Positions 12,518 through 24,631 of a stretch of DNA of 64,000 nucleotides are shown here, piece after piece. Positions within the stretch are counted from its first letter, which is position 1. Each line of letters starts with the position of its first letter. The position numbers were made by a program, and so were the translations under genes. Origin of the DNA: Octopus sinensis (taxonomy: Eukaryota); assembly GCF_006345805.1 (NCBI RefSeq), contig NC_043000.1, positions 29,016,001 through 29,080,000 on the forward strand, in the 5' to 3' direction. The notes under the pieces are model-generated. The model worked only from the letters and a program-made list of their open reading frames with translations. It had not been told where the DNA came from and did no database searches.

Positions 12518-13461
12518 AAGTAGCTTGCTTACCAACCACATGGTTCCGGGTTCTGTTCCATTGCGTGGCACCTTGGGCAAGTGTCTTCTACTATAGTCTC
12601 AGGCCGACGAAAGCCTTATGAGTGGATTTGGCAGACAGAAACTGAAAGAAACCCGTCGTATATATGTGTATGTAAGTGTTTGTGTGCATGTGTGTGTATG
12701 GTTGTGTGTCTGTATTTGCCCCGCCCCACAACATCGCTTGACAACTGATGCTGGTGTGTTTACGTGCCCGTAACTTAACGGTTCGGCAACAGAGACCGAC
12801 AACATAAGTACTAGGCTCACAAAGAATAAGTCCTGGGATCGATTTCTTCAACTGAAGGCGGTGCCCCAGCATGGCCGTAGTCAAAATGCCTGAAACAAGT
12901 AAAAGAATAAAAGAGTATAGATATAGAAATTTTATAAACCTTCTTGTCCATTTCCTTGCATTCAGCCTTGTGTAACAAGGAGAACAAATTGTGTGGTTTG
13001 TAGACATTTGACATCTACTTCTACTACCGTATTGGCATTGTCCCTCCAGTACCCTTAATTATAATTATATATTTATAATTATATACTTAAATATTAACCT
13101 TTCCTATATGGAGGTTTTTATGCGCTGGTCACTGCTATAATCATTTTAATGATTATATCTTCAATTTATTCGCATATATATAATATCTATAGAATAGAAG
13201 TTTTCCGTGTGTGTGTGTATGTGTGTGTATGTGTGTGTATGCATATGTGGTGTTTGTGTGTGTGCAAAAATTTAATGTACCTCAGTAACTTCTACATCTT
13301 TCTTCTGATTTCTTTAAAATTTTATACACAGCTGCTTCATATCCCAGACCCGAACATAAGCTACTTAGATTTTTTTAAATCCATATTGGGACCTCTAGAG
13401 TGATGGGAAACCAACAAAAGATGATTCTTATTCATTTGCATTAATCAGCTGTTTTATAATC

Positions 13462-13808
13462 TGTAGGGTCTTCCATACTTTTTCAGTCTTTTTATAAAAG
13501 TGAAAGAATTCTGTTTATTTATTTATTTCCACTGTCCACCAGCAACGGTGATTAAATTGAAAAGGAACACTGAACGCATACATTTCTGCAATTCTCAACC
13601 GATTTTCACCAAACTTTACACACATATTACTTACGTCCCAAGGATGGTCACGCACTAAACATTTTGCCCAGCGCTCCCGCGTAAATGGACCTACATGGAC
13701 ATAGTTTTTTGTATGTAGGATCTTCCATAACTTTTTTATCTTTTTATAAAAGTGAAAAGCTTTTATCTACTTATTTCGATTGCCCACCTGCGACGGTGAT
13801 TAAATTGA
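13462..13808. repeat. Two diverged ~100-bp direct repeats ~250 bp apart flanking a possible Helitron/DINE-like core
   Basis: TGTAGG(G/A)TCTTCCATA...TTTTTATAAAAGTGAAA...ACGGTGATTAAATTGA at 13462 and 13714; core contains CCGATTTTCACCAAACTT. Confidence 0.45.
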
Positions 13809-15092
13809 CTAGGACCATTGTACGCTATGAATATCTAATACCAAACAATCTTAATATCCATATTTAAACTGCATTAAACTTTAGCAAGCTTACCTTCACC
13901 TATTCTGAGTTACTTGAAAGGTGATGTTCCTTTCCCTCTCTTCTATTTTTTGATACCTTTATTTACCTACCAATGTGTTGTTTCACTTTAAGGATGCTTA
14001 TTTACCCATCCATTATGATATGCTGACTGTTGTCCATTGTTTCAAATTTTAGCATTGTCGTTCTAGCCTTTTTTAAACAATCACATATGATTCGTCCCAA
14101 AAACTCAACCTTCAAATAAGAGTTTTGCTTCCACTAGCGAAAGCTATACGTATCTATCAGAAAGTCCATACCAATTTAACTTTATGCAGCAGTCACTATT
14201 AGTTTATGTGAAGGCTATATGGGAAAACAGAATAAAGGGGCTCTTGTTTGCTTACCTCTCCGAAAAATAGTTGCCTTTGCTGTTGAAAAAAATAAACTCG
14301 CAGAGGGGAAGTTTCTACTTCTTCCTTCAATTTCATCACACCATTTATGTGGCTGTTTCTGAGTAGAAATTTCGCTTTCGTGTAAAACAACTATGCATAT
14401 ATAGAGAGTGAGAGAAAAGGAAGGGGAGACAGAGAGGGGAAACAGAGAGTAATATTTATAATCCAAAGGTGGAATTTATAAATATTTCCACATATCACTT
14501 GTTTTTTGTGACCATAATCCGCATTCGTGGGATTATTATAATACAACCTGTAATATCCATAGATATCAGGTGCGTTCATTTCTTCAGGTGATATGGCATT
14601 TAAGATGGAAGTAACGAATGCGCAACTGAAGGACGTTTATCAATTTTCGCCAATCAAAAGGTATGGGAAGGGCTCTGTGCGTGCTTGGTTTAACCATGTG
14701 TATATATGTATATAGACAATAAGAGGAGTAAGAGGGAATTATTATGACAGTACTAAGTATCTAAATTGTTTAGTTGTTCTCTGTTGATAGAGAAGAGAAG
14801 GTGATAGTAAGAGAGAAAGGAACGATAATGATAGAAGAGACGGATGAGTGTGGTCAGACTTGACTTGTTTTGATGTTTATGCGTGCACATGTTGGGATGG
14901 AGAACGTAGGTCATTGGTTTGGCTTTAGGTACAGCAGGCGTTTCCTTACTGAATTCAGATGTCGCAGGTCAAGGGAACAAATTTTGTTTTGATGCTACCG
15001 GTTTGAAGTTTTTGCTAGTCACAGTTCAGGCTGACGATTGGGTTGCTTGATATACTGGATTGTCTGAGTTGACAAGTGTTGTTCCTTTAAAG

Positions 15093-15410
15093 CATAGTTT
15101 CTCAAAGTAGGCACTACACCCCCCCCCCACGAGCGTTGAGACGGTCCAGGTGGGCGCTGGTGCCTGGGAGGGGCCATGGGGGCAGTAGAGAAAAAGGAGG
15201 CGTTGTGAGGAAGGCGATGGATTGGGGGACGTTATGAATTTATTATAATATTGTATACAAATTATATATTATATTAAATATCAAATGGTTCATAATATAT
15301 ATAAATTAGTAAAATATAAAATATTTATTTATACATATAAATGGGGGTTGGGGCGCTGAGGGTATGATGTGGCTATGAGGTGGGTGGCCCCAAAAGTTTG
15401 AGAACTTCTG
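15093..15410. mobile_element. hAT-type MITE
   Basis: TIRs CATAGTTTCTCAAA / TTTGAGAACTTCTG; perfect 8-bp TSD CTTTAAAG at 15085-15092 and 15411-15418. Confidence 0.9.
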
Positions 15411-15689
15411 CTTTAAAGGTTCCTGTTAAGTACTTCTGTTGGTACAATTAGTTCTTCGATGTTGTTAGTGTTTGGTTCAGCTACTATTAATTACCATGCA
15501 TGCTTAATTATATAATATCAATCACTTGCCGCATTTTGCGCATTGCTTTCGTTGGAGACATGGATGGACGTGTTCCACTGTGTTAAAACCTGGTAATATA
15601 ACCTAGGAATATGATGGTCCTTTTTATTTAGTTCGTTTACGAGGTCCTTCTATTGTTCAGTTAGATGGTTAGTGTTTCTAAAGATCCCC

Positions 15690-16002
15690 TTCGGTTACAA
15701 ATGACTATGAGATTGCACCTAGACAGTTCTACAAGACAAGTCCGGGCAAGGTTGTTTATGGAAGACCAGCAGTCGCCCATGAATACCAGTCTCCCCTCTC
15801 CACGCCACCGATGTTGTCTAAGGGAAAGGTAAAGGCCGAGACAGCTTTGCATCAGTGATGTCGCAACTCATTTCTACAGTTGAGTGAACTGGAGCAACGT
15901 GAAATATAGTGTCTTGCTCAAGAACACAACACAAACCCGGGTCAGGAATCGAACTCACAACCTCATCATTGTAAGCCCGACGCTCTAACCACTGAGCCAT
16001 GA
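15690..16002 (-). mobile_element. tRNA-derived SINE family C
   Basis: Head TGGCTCAGTGGTTAGAGCG...GAGTTCGATTCC followed by GTGTTCTTGAGCAAGACACT; second copy at 40245. Confidence 0.8.
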
Positions 16003-16128
16003 ACTTTCAATCAAACCACTGAGCTATATATATAATCAGATCGTGGGGAAATGGAAATTAATAGAAATTTTCACTTCCAGTGGCCAAGCGTGTAAAAATT
16101 TAGTCTAAAGACTATGTATTACTCATAA

Positions 16129-16446
16129 AATACAGTGTACATTTAAGCACATAAGGAATCCACTCGTGGGATTCAACACGCTAGAAAGAACAGCTAGGTT
16201 CTATAACCACAAAATTAGGGATAAAATCCCGACAGGAACGAAATGAAAAAATAAAAACTTTTACCATCTAGTTTCCTGGACTAATTGGTTTCCGATTTTA
16301 GTTTAGCAAATAAATAATATTCGTTAGGTGAAATCTTCGTCAATAGGTACACCTTAGATTAAATATATTAAATATACAACCTAGCTGTTCTTTCTAGCGT
16401 GTTGAATCCCACAAGTGGATTCCTTGTGTGTTTAAATGTACACTGT

Positions 16447-16449
<3 letters not shown>
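16129..16449. mobile_element. MITE/foldback with 72-bp inverted repeats
   Basis: Arms 16129-16200 and 16378-16449 with 3 mismatches; TA|CAGTG terminus resembles Tc1. Confidence 0.8.
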
Positions 16450-16503
<54 letters not shown>

Positions 16504-17034
16504 TTATATTTATATTTATATGTATATATATATGCGTATGGCTGAGCTTAATTCTCAGCTTACAAAATGATTTTCATTTTTGTTGAAATCAAGGAACATA
16601 TTGTGTTCAGATTGCTTCTTTAAAACGATTTACATTTAATTCCATAACAACATTTTAAGCACCAATTGTTTTACCATGATTAGTTTGTAGTTTTAATAAT
16701 GTTCTTAAATCTATTTAATCCTTCTAATCATACATCAGCAACCATTATTTTCAATCAGTCTTTAATTTCTACCATTCTTTCTGAACTATTGCACTCTTTG
16801 GTTCATCTTTGAATTAATGATTGTTTCTAAATAGTGTCCTGCTCTAGAGTTTTCCAGTCCTGTAGGCCCTTCCTTCTGACCAGATCAATAACGAAGGTGC
16901 ATCCAAATTCGAGTGCCTTGTGTATTTCCATTCATTAAAGAAGTTGGTAACTCAATAATTTCATATAAAATCTATTTTAACTTGTATTTGTAGCCAGTAA
17001 ATTGAGATATAGAGCTCTCGACATCTAGTCGCCT

Positions 17035-17372
17035 CTAGTCGAGTAAATCGACCCCAGAACTTATTCTTTGTAAGACTAGTACTTATTCTATAGGTATCTT
17101 TTGCCGAACCACTAAGTTACGGGGGCCTAAACACACCAGCATCGGTTGTCAAGTGATGTTGGGGGACAAACACAGACACAAAAACATATACACACATACA
17201 TATATACCACAGGCTTCTTTCAGTGTCCGTCTACCAAATCCACTCACAAGGCTTTGGTCGGCCCGAGGCTATAGTAGAAGACACTTACCCAAAGTACCAC
17301 GCAGTGGGACTGAACCCAGAACCATGTGGTTGGTAAGCAAGCTACTTACCACACAGCCACTCCTGCGCCTAA
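17035..17372 (-). mobile_element. SINE family A, near full length
   Basis: Head, body and part of the tail in reverse orientation. Confidence 0.85.
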
Positions 17373-17723
17373 GTAAGGTAAATTTAATGTAAAAAAAACG
17401 TTCCTAAAATGTTTTCCTTTCATTGGTTAATTTACAGGACGATTTATATCCACCCACTGATTGATACTTAAAAAAATATCATCAGTAAAAGTTGACCTCG
17501 TGAAATTTTAAAACTTCACAAAGCCTAATTTTAAATTCACCCGTGAACACTTTAACTCTGGTTTATAAAAATTGAATGGCATTAAAATTCATCATATTGC
17601 GCATATATGTAAAATTTGACGCATCAATGTTCTTAACCACTTTGCCAGTCCAGAACATTTTCATCAGTTTGTCCTAAATATCCATGCTTATTTTCAGAAT
17701 TTTAGTTGGCACTGGTTTCATAC

Positions 17724-18030
17724 GTGGAGGCGCAATGGCCCAATGGTTAGGGCAGCGGACTCGCGGTCGGAGGATCGCGGTTTCGATTCCCAGACCGGGC
17801 GTTGTATGTGCTTATTCAGCAAAAACACCTAAAAGCTCCATGATATCCGGCACGGTGGGGTGACCCCTGTTGTACTCTTTCGCCCCAACTTTCTCTCACT
17901 CTTCCAGTTTCTTGAGTAAAGCTGCGATGGACTGGCGTCCCATCCAGCTGGTGGGGAACACATACGCCACAGAAACCGGGAAACCGGGCCCTTGAGCCTG
18001 GCTAGGCTTGAAAAGGGCGCAAGAAGAAGA
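17724..18030 (+). mobile_element. tRNA-Arg-like SINE family D
   Basis: Head GGAGGCGCAATGGCCCAATGGTTAGGGCAGCGGACTCGCGGTC...TTCGATTCC; TSD GTTTCATAC at 17715-17723 and 18034-18042. Confidence 0.85.
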
Positions 18031-19040
18031 CTTGTTTCATACATTCTGCGTAACATAAATCTTTTCATTCATAAGCTCCAACTTACTCGGGTAATTGAAA
18101 GAAAATGGTAATATGTATCATATATGATGCATGGATATCAGGGAAACCTGTCCTGTGTATCACATATGATACACAGTACAGGCAAAGGGTTAAATGTTAT
18201 CCCCTAAAGAGGTTATCTGTTAATCGCTAATCCAGAGTTTACTTTATATCCTACCTAATAAGTACTTTTAAAAAAACCAACATAAGCAGAAGTCGGTCCT
18301 GTAAATCTTTAAGACTTCAGAAAGCTTAATTTTAAACCTCGTCTGCACATCGAATATTATTTAGTCTAAAACCAAAAGCCACTTGAAAATAATCATATCG
18401 CCCGTGTGTGTGAAATATTGCACTGAACGATACATTCAACGAAAGCAACATGAGCTAAAGATACCGCAACATCCTATCCACACGGTCATAGCTCTGCAGT
18501 GTGGCAATGAGTCATAGAGTCGGTTTGATAAGAGGTTCTGTGTTTTGTTATTGTTGCTGTTGTTATCGTTGTTGTTGTTTTTTTTTAATCTGAGACTATC
18601 GATAGTAATAATGCATTAGATATAACTTGGTAACCGTAGTTGGTTGTGTGTGTCATATATAGTACATAGGATTATGTAACTCTTCCATCCATTGTTACGA
18701 TCAATATAAAGAATTCTTGGAAGAAGAATTGGAGGATATCCAAGAATCTATCCATCATTACATTGGTGTTTTTGGACTGGCTGGCAAATCTTCATCGGAT
18801 TTTACCACCTCGGATAAAACAATCCTCAGCATAGTTTTATTAAATTATTTCACCCAGGAAATTAACAATAGCGTTACGGCGCAGAGATAATATGTGTGTG
18901 GTGGTGGTGGTGGTGGTGGTGGAAAGGGGTCTGTGTATTTCACTGTAGTGCCTGTATATGCATGTGTTTGTATATGTGTGTATGTGAATGTACACTTATA
19001 CACACGCAGACACACACACACACCACACACACACACACAT

Positions 19041-19187
19041 GTACATGATAAGTAACCTTACGCCAATTAACAATGGCGCTGCGGATCTATGTGTGTGTAT
19101 ATATACACACGCACGCATACACACACACACACACATATATGTATATGATACGTAACCTTCAGCCAATTAACAATGGCGCTGCGGATA

Positions 19188-19226
<39 letters not shown>

Positions 19227-19284
19227 GCATACATACATATGTATATGATAAGTAACCATACGCCAATTAACAATGCCGCTGCGG

Positions 19285-19333
<49 letters not shown>

Positions 19334-19357
19334 CACATATATCCGCAGCGCCATTGT
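19041..19357. repeat. 100-bp-period array: 42-bp core plus microsatellite spacers, ending in an inverted partial core
   Basis: Cores ATGATA(A/C)GTAACC...GCCAATTAACAATG(G/C)CGCTGCGG at 19045, 19145 and 19245; inverted ATCCGCAGCGCCATTGT at 19341-19357. Confidence 0.85.
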
Positions 19358-19511
19358 GAATTATATATAATTATATATATACATATGTACACGGACACAC
19401 ACACACACACTCATATACACACACGCAGGCTGACTAAAACACACAAATATATGTGAGTGCATCAACATATATATTCATACATTCGTGTGTCTGTGCATAC
19501 ATGTATCATAT

Positions 19512-19577
<66 letters not shown>

Positions 19578-19884
19578 TCATAAATATAATACAGTACATA
19601 TATATATATATACATACACACACACACATACACACATATACACACATACTTATATACATACATATACACACACGCATACACATACACAAACACACATAGA
19701 TATATATATATATAATTTCCGAGTTAAGTCGTGCCGTCTTGGTAGAGTTATATTAGTCATTTAAAACACACACACACTGCTGTATTTTATTTACATTCGT
19801 TTTAATTAATATCATCTGCTAATGTCACAAGATTTATTCGTATATCTGAGAAACTATCACTAACAATAGATGTATATCTTCTTT

Positions 19885-20110
19885 TATCTTTTACTTGTTT
19901 CAGTCAATCGACTGCACCCAGCCAATGCTATGGCACCACCTCGAAGAATTTAGCAAAACAAATCGTCCCAGAACTCACCTCTTTATTTTTTTCTTTCATA
20001 ACTCTGGTACTTATTCTAACGCTCTCTTTTTGCTGAACCGACACAAGGGGACGTAAACCAATCGATACTAATGGTGAGTGGCAGAGACACAGAAAAAGAC
20101 AAAGATACAC
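19885..20110 (-). mobile_element. Old SINE family A 3' half
   Basis: Reverse complement of the tail GACTGAAACAAGTAAAAGATAAAAG. Confidence 0.6.
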
Positions 20111-20122
20111 ACACGTAGACCT

Positions 20123-20505
20123 ACGAGTGGCTGTGTGGTAATTAGCTTGCTTACCAACCACATGGTTCCGGGCTCAGTCCCACTGCGTGGCACCTTGGGC
20201 AAGTGTCTTCTACTATAGCCTAGGGCCGACCAAAGCCTTGTGAGTGGATTTGGCAGACGGAAACTGAAAGAAGCCCGTCGTATATATGTATGTATATGTG
20301 TGTATGTTTGTGTGTCTGTGTTTGTCACCCCCAACATCGCTTGACAACCGATGCTGGTGTGTTTACATCCCCGTAACTTAGCAGTTCGACAGGAGAGACC
20401 GATAGAATAGGCTTACAAAGAATAAGTCTTGGGTCGATTTACTCGACTAGAAGCGGTACTCCAGCATGGTCGCAGTCAAATGACTGAAACAAGTAAAAGA
20501 GTAAA
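20123..20505 (+). mobile_element. SINE family A, full length
   Basis: A box TGGCTGTGTGG, B-box-like GGCTCAGTCCC, internal (TG)n, tail GACTGAAACAAGTAAAAGAGT. Confidence 0.85.
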
Positions 20506-20539
20506 AAAGTATATGTACATACATACATATATTCAACTG

Positions 20540-21170
20540 ATATTCAGAACTCATGACGAGGCCTTCCCGCCAAAAGAACCGCCGACCCAGTCATCACGCA
20601 TTGCTTTTTGTCCACAAATTCGCATTTTTATGTGATTAAATACGAACCTATATCATCGTCGCGCCTTTCTTCGCCACATCTGGCGGTTCTCGTATACCAC
20701 CGCTCAGGCCCCCACGACTTATTCGTCACCCTTGATGTATCCAACCTCACAGCTCTACACTATACCCAGTTCTCTCTGTCCAGAACATCAGTTATCCGAA
20801 ATCTTCCTGCTCGTGTCTTTTATGCAGTCTAAACGGAACGTGAAGGACATCAAGCTGACAGCACTCGGAAGACCTACTCACACTTTTGTTGCGACAAATC
20901 AGGTAATCGATAAATTGAACTGATCAGTGGTCTCCCATCTACCGTATAGCACGGTCTTTGTGCCCGTCGACTTCCACCGGTTTGGTCCAATGAAGGACAG
21001 TCTTCACCGACAGTAACTTTATGACACAGACAAAGCAGAAAGGATTATGAAGTCATAAGTACAGCAGTGCACCCCTGAAATTTTTGTAAGGTTTCGAGAA
21101 TTCAGTTGTACGACGACGAAAATGCATCGTTTGTGATGTGTGCTTTGTTGAGTAATACCTTTGTTTAGAA
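20540..21170 (+). mobile_element. Degenerate mariner transposase remnant
   Basis: SHLPYSTVFVPVDFHRFGPMKDSLHRQ resembles HPPYSPDLAPSDFHLFGPLK; KCIVCDVCFVE C-terminus; RPTHT resembles DNARPHT. Confidence 0.7.
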
Positions 21171-22017
21171 AAAGAGTTACTCTACATACTTGTACAATTT
21201 GAACGACCTATGTCAGTTGATATAACAGCAATGAACATTTTGCATCACTTTCAGTGTATGCCCTTATAAATTTGCATACACTGAAATAATATTATTTTTA
21301 TCAGTTTTGAAATAAACAGTAAATAAAAGTAAGGAATAATATCTACGTAAATATAGATTTTCTTTCCTGTAAATTCGTAGGAAATTTCCACAATGCCTTT
21401 AGCTAAAGAAACCAACAATATATCAAAATCAGGCTGCAGTTTTGCAGCTTTTAAAATCGTTAGTGTTTCCGTTTGTTTATTTTTTCCTGTGGGATTCTCA
21501 AAATATTTCCCGTTATTGTAAACTGTAAACTGTACGGTTTCGGAAAACAATCTGGGGAAAAGATATACAATTTAATATTTTAAACGGAACAGCTATAAAA
21601 TGACAATTGCAATGGAGGTGAGCTGACTCACTGGTATGACTAACTCTGCCATTAGTTCAAACTGCATCGTGTCACAGAATAGACATGCCAGGCTCATGAC
21701 ATCTGTTAGCATAGATTCAAAAGGAAACCAGTTTATAGCAATGTGATTGGTTACGCAGAACGGTGATAACTGTGCAACAGCAAAAGAATTTAGAGCTTCG
21801 GAAAAAGATTACTGGAGATTGAGAAAAGTTCTCTTTTTCTAATCAAATGTCGAAAATAAAATGTGTTGATAGAGGATAGGTTCACAAGTGACTACTAAGG
21901 TTGGAAATGGAAGTGACAACTTGATGTGATATTTCCCGAAAATTAAGGTTTTGCTTTGAAACTGGCGAGAAAATAGGTATTTCGGATTTTAAGATAATCC
22001 AAGTGTGATCTTTAGGA

Positions 22018-22327
22018 ATTTCGCGCCCTTTTTCAAGCCTAGCCAGGCTCATGGGCCCGGTTTCCCAGTTTCTGTGACGTATGTGTTCCCCACCAGCTGG
22101 ACGTGACGCCAGTCCATCGCAGCGTTACTCAAGAAACAGGAAGAGAGAGTGAGAGAAATTTGGGGCAAAAAAGTACAACAGGGGTCGCCACCACCCCCTG
22201 CCGGAGCTTCGTGGAGCTTTAGGTGTTTTCGCTCAATAAACATACACGACGCCCGGTCTGGGAATCAAAAGCGCGATCCTCCGACCGCGAGTCCGCTGCC
22301 CTAACCACTGGGCCATTGCGCCTCCAC
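22018..22327 (-). mobile_element. SINE family D, full length
   Basis: Same family as 17724; 11-bp TSD GATCTTTAGGA at 22007-22017 and 22328-22338. Confidence 0.9.
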
Positions 22328-22619
22328 GATCTTTAGGATTTAGAAGAAGAAATTTTGTAAGGGAGAGAAAGCGAAGGTGAAATCATCCACAATAATTTGG
22401 GGAAAAGTTATCATTTCATAGAAAGGAGAAATGACATATACAAAAGGCGGGTGGTGAAGATACGAGCTTCAACAATATTAGCAACATTGCCTCAATGGAC
22501 CGTAAGAATCTTGGGTGAAATCAAACCAGTATCTGCGGATTTATTAAGCAATGCAGGATTTCAAATGGCAGAGGTGGAACAGTAATTGATTTGGGATGTG
22601 AAGAAATCTCAGTTTCAAA

Positions 22620-22825
22620 TTTTGGCACAAGGCCAGCAATTTTTGGGGGATGGATGAGTCTATAACATCGACCCCAGTGCACAACTAGTACTTATTCTAT
22701 CGACCCCGAAAGGATGAAGGGCAGCGTTGGCCTCGGCAGAAATTGAACTCAGAACGTAAAGACGGACAAAATGCCGCTAGGTATTCTGTCCGGCGGGCTA
22801 ACGATTCTACCAGCTCGGCGCCTTC
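22620..22825 (-). mobile_element. SINE family B monomer
   Basis: Head GGCGCCGAGCTGGTAGAATCGTTAG, B box, central block, tail GGCCTTGTGCCAAAATTTGAAAC. Confidence 0.8.
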
Positions 22826-23059
22826 AGATATGAAGAAATATTGACTGCGTGACCGAAGAAAATGACACAGATGATCGCATGGCCGATGCTGTCGATCCAT
22901 ATGAAGATACTGTTTAAGGAGATGACTTGGACGAGTTATCCTAAAGAAAAGGAAACAGACAATGGATTTGATGGCTTTTAATGAAAATATTCAAGTATAT
23001 TGCATTAATGTTACAGTTCTATATTTAAGAGATGAGGAATTATGCACATTATTTACATT

Positions 23060-23190
23060 ATTTACATTTGACGGACATTTGTCCTCATCTTGCTTGTTGT
23101 TAACATAACGTTTCGGCTAATATGCCCTCCAGCCTTTATCAGGTCTCTTGGGGAAATTTCGAACCTGGGTTCTCATTCCTAAGGCATTTT
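23060..23190 (-). mobile_element. PLE-derived short repeat with degenerate hammerhead-like motif
   Basis: Minus strand CUGAUAA-A-GGCUG...UAGCC-GAAAC-GUU at 23107-23143. Confidence 0.45.
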
Positions 23191-23764
23191 TCGATGTTAT
23201 TATTATTATTATTATTATTGTTGTTGTTGTTGTTGTTGTTCCGGTCACTGCTTGGAATCTAACTCGGAATCTTGGGATTAGTAGACCGCGCTCTTAACAA
23301 TTACGCCATAATAATAATAACATGGACCTCGAACCCACAAGAATAAACAAGAGAGACAGAAACAAGGAAAATGCCACTTGTATTTGAACACTATGCAAAT
23401 ATTCTTTTAAAAAACTTTTGTTTTAATTTTTCCAAACTTTAATTGTTTTCCATATTTACAGTTGAAAAAGTCTCAATGACTGAAACTGGTACTGAAATGT
23501 ATTTTATAAAATTATTTTAGCATTTTCTACCTTGACTTTTTCTTCCATATATATGTCATATAATATAATATATATAATATAATATATATAATATAATATA
23601 CATACATACATACATGCATGCATGCATACATACATACATACATACATACATACATACATACATACATACATACATACATACATGCATACATGCATACATG
23701 CATACATACATACATACATACATACATACATACATACATACATACATACATACATACATACATA

Positions 23765-24631
23765 CAGGGTGCGGTAAATGAATTTTTGTCTCAATTACGC
23801 AAAAATGAAAATAAAACTCAGATTTCATTTTAACAGATATATTTATCAAAATTTACATAAAAATATCTTGAAATACTAAAGAGTATATTTATTCAATAAA
23901 ATCGCCAATAGCTTCAACAACGACCTCCAGACCACTTCGGAATCTCCTGTAACTTTTCTGGGCGGTCTCCTTCTTTAAGTTGGTGAATGCTGCCATAATC
24001 CTTGCCTTCAGTTCATCTTTGGTATTACAAGGAGTTTTGTTGGTCTCCCTCTTGACTGCGCCCCACACATAATAATCAAGGGGGAGTTAAGTGGCCAGAT
24101 GTTATGGATGATGTGGTCACAGGAATTGTCTGACATCCATGACTGCATTCTCCAGTTTGTGTGACATTGTACAGAGTCATGTTTCCAGACATAGGGTCTT
24201 CCAGCAGCCACCCTCTTGACCCAGGTCAGCACTACCTCTTCCAGGCATTTGATGTAGGCCTCTGTGTTGAGTCTGAGGCTGTGTGAGAAGATGAATGGCG
24301 GCATGACTTCGCCATTAATAGTGATCACTCCAAATACCATGATGTTGATTGGATATTTGATTTTTATCACTCTCGGTACATGTTTTGGGGACTCAGATTG
24401 ACACCCAACACTCTGAAATGTTCGTACTGAAGCTTCCGGTGCGAATGCCAGGCAGTACAACATGTCGTTTCCAAATTTCTGGCGGAGTGAATTGCATCAC
24501 GGTGCTGTGTTTCTCACAGACGGTGCCTATCTGCCCCTACTATACTGTGTTGTCGACAAAATCAAAACCAAACAATGCGCATGCATGAAATTAGAAATAC
24601 AAAATGGCGACAATTTACCCATCGCACGCTG
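23765..24631 (-). mobile_element. Internally deleted Tc1/mariner (maT/DD37D-like) transposon
   Basis: TIRs CAGGGTGCG(ATG)GTAAAT with TA at both ends; ORF 24008-24463 INIMVFGVIT...CLEEVVLTWVKRVAAGRPYVWKHDS...WPLNSP, then LDYYVWGAVERETNK in another frame. Confidence 0.9.

Larger units (their letters stand above)
10486..12910 (+). mobile_element. Full-length SINE family A, split by a nested 2-kb insertion
   Basis: Head 10486-10519 resumes at 12518 (CAACCACATGGTTCCGGG...) and runs to the tail GCCTGAAACAAGTAAAAGAATAAAAG. Confidence 0.9.

Noticed and set aside
18670-18890. Protein-like plus-strand frame CYDQYKEFLEEELEDIQESIHHYIG
   Set aside because: Weak splice signals, no recognised family, and other frames read equally plausibly.
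19041-19357. CRISPR-like look of repeat-spacer-repeat
   Set aside because: Eukaryotic context, spacers are microsatellites, only three repeats, no cas genes.
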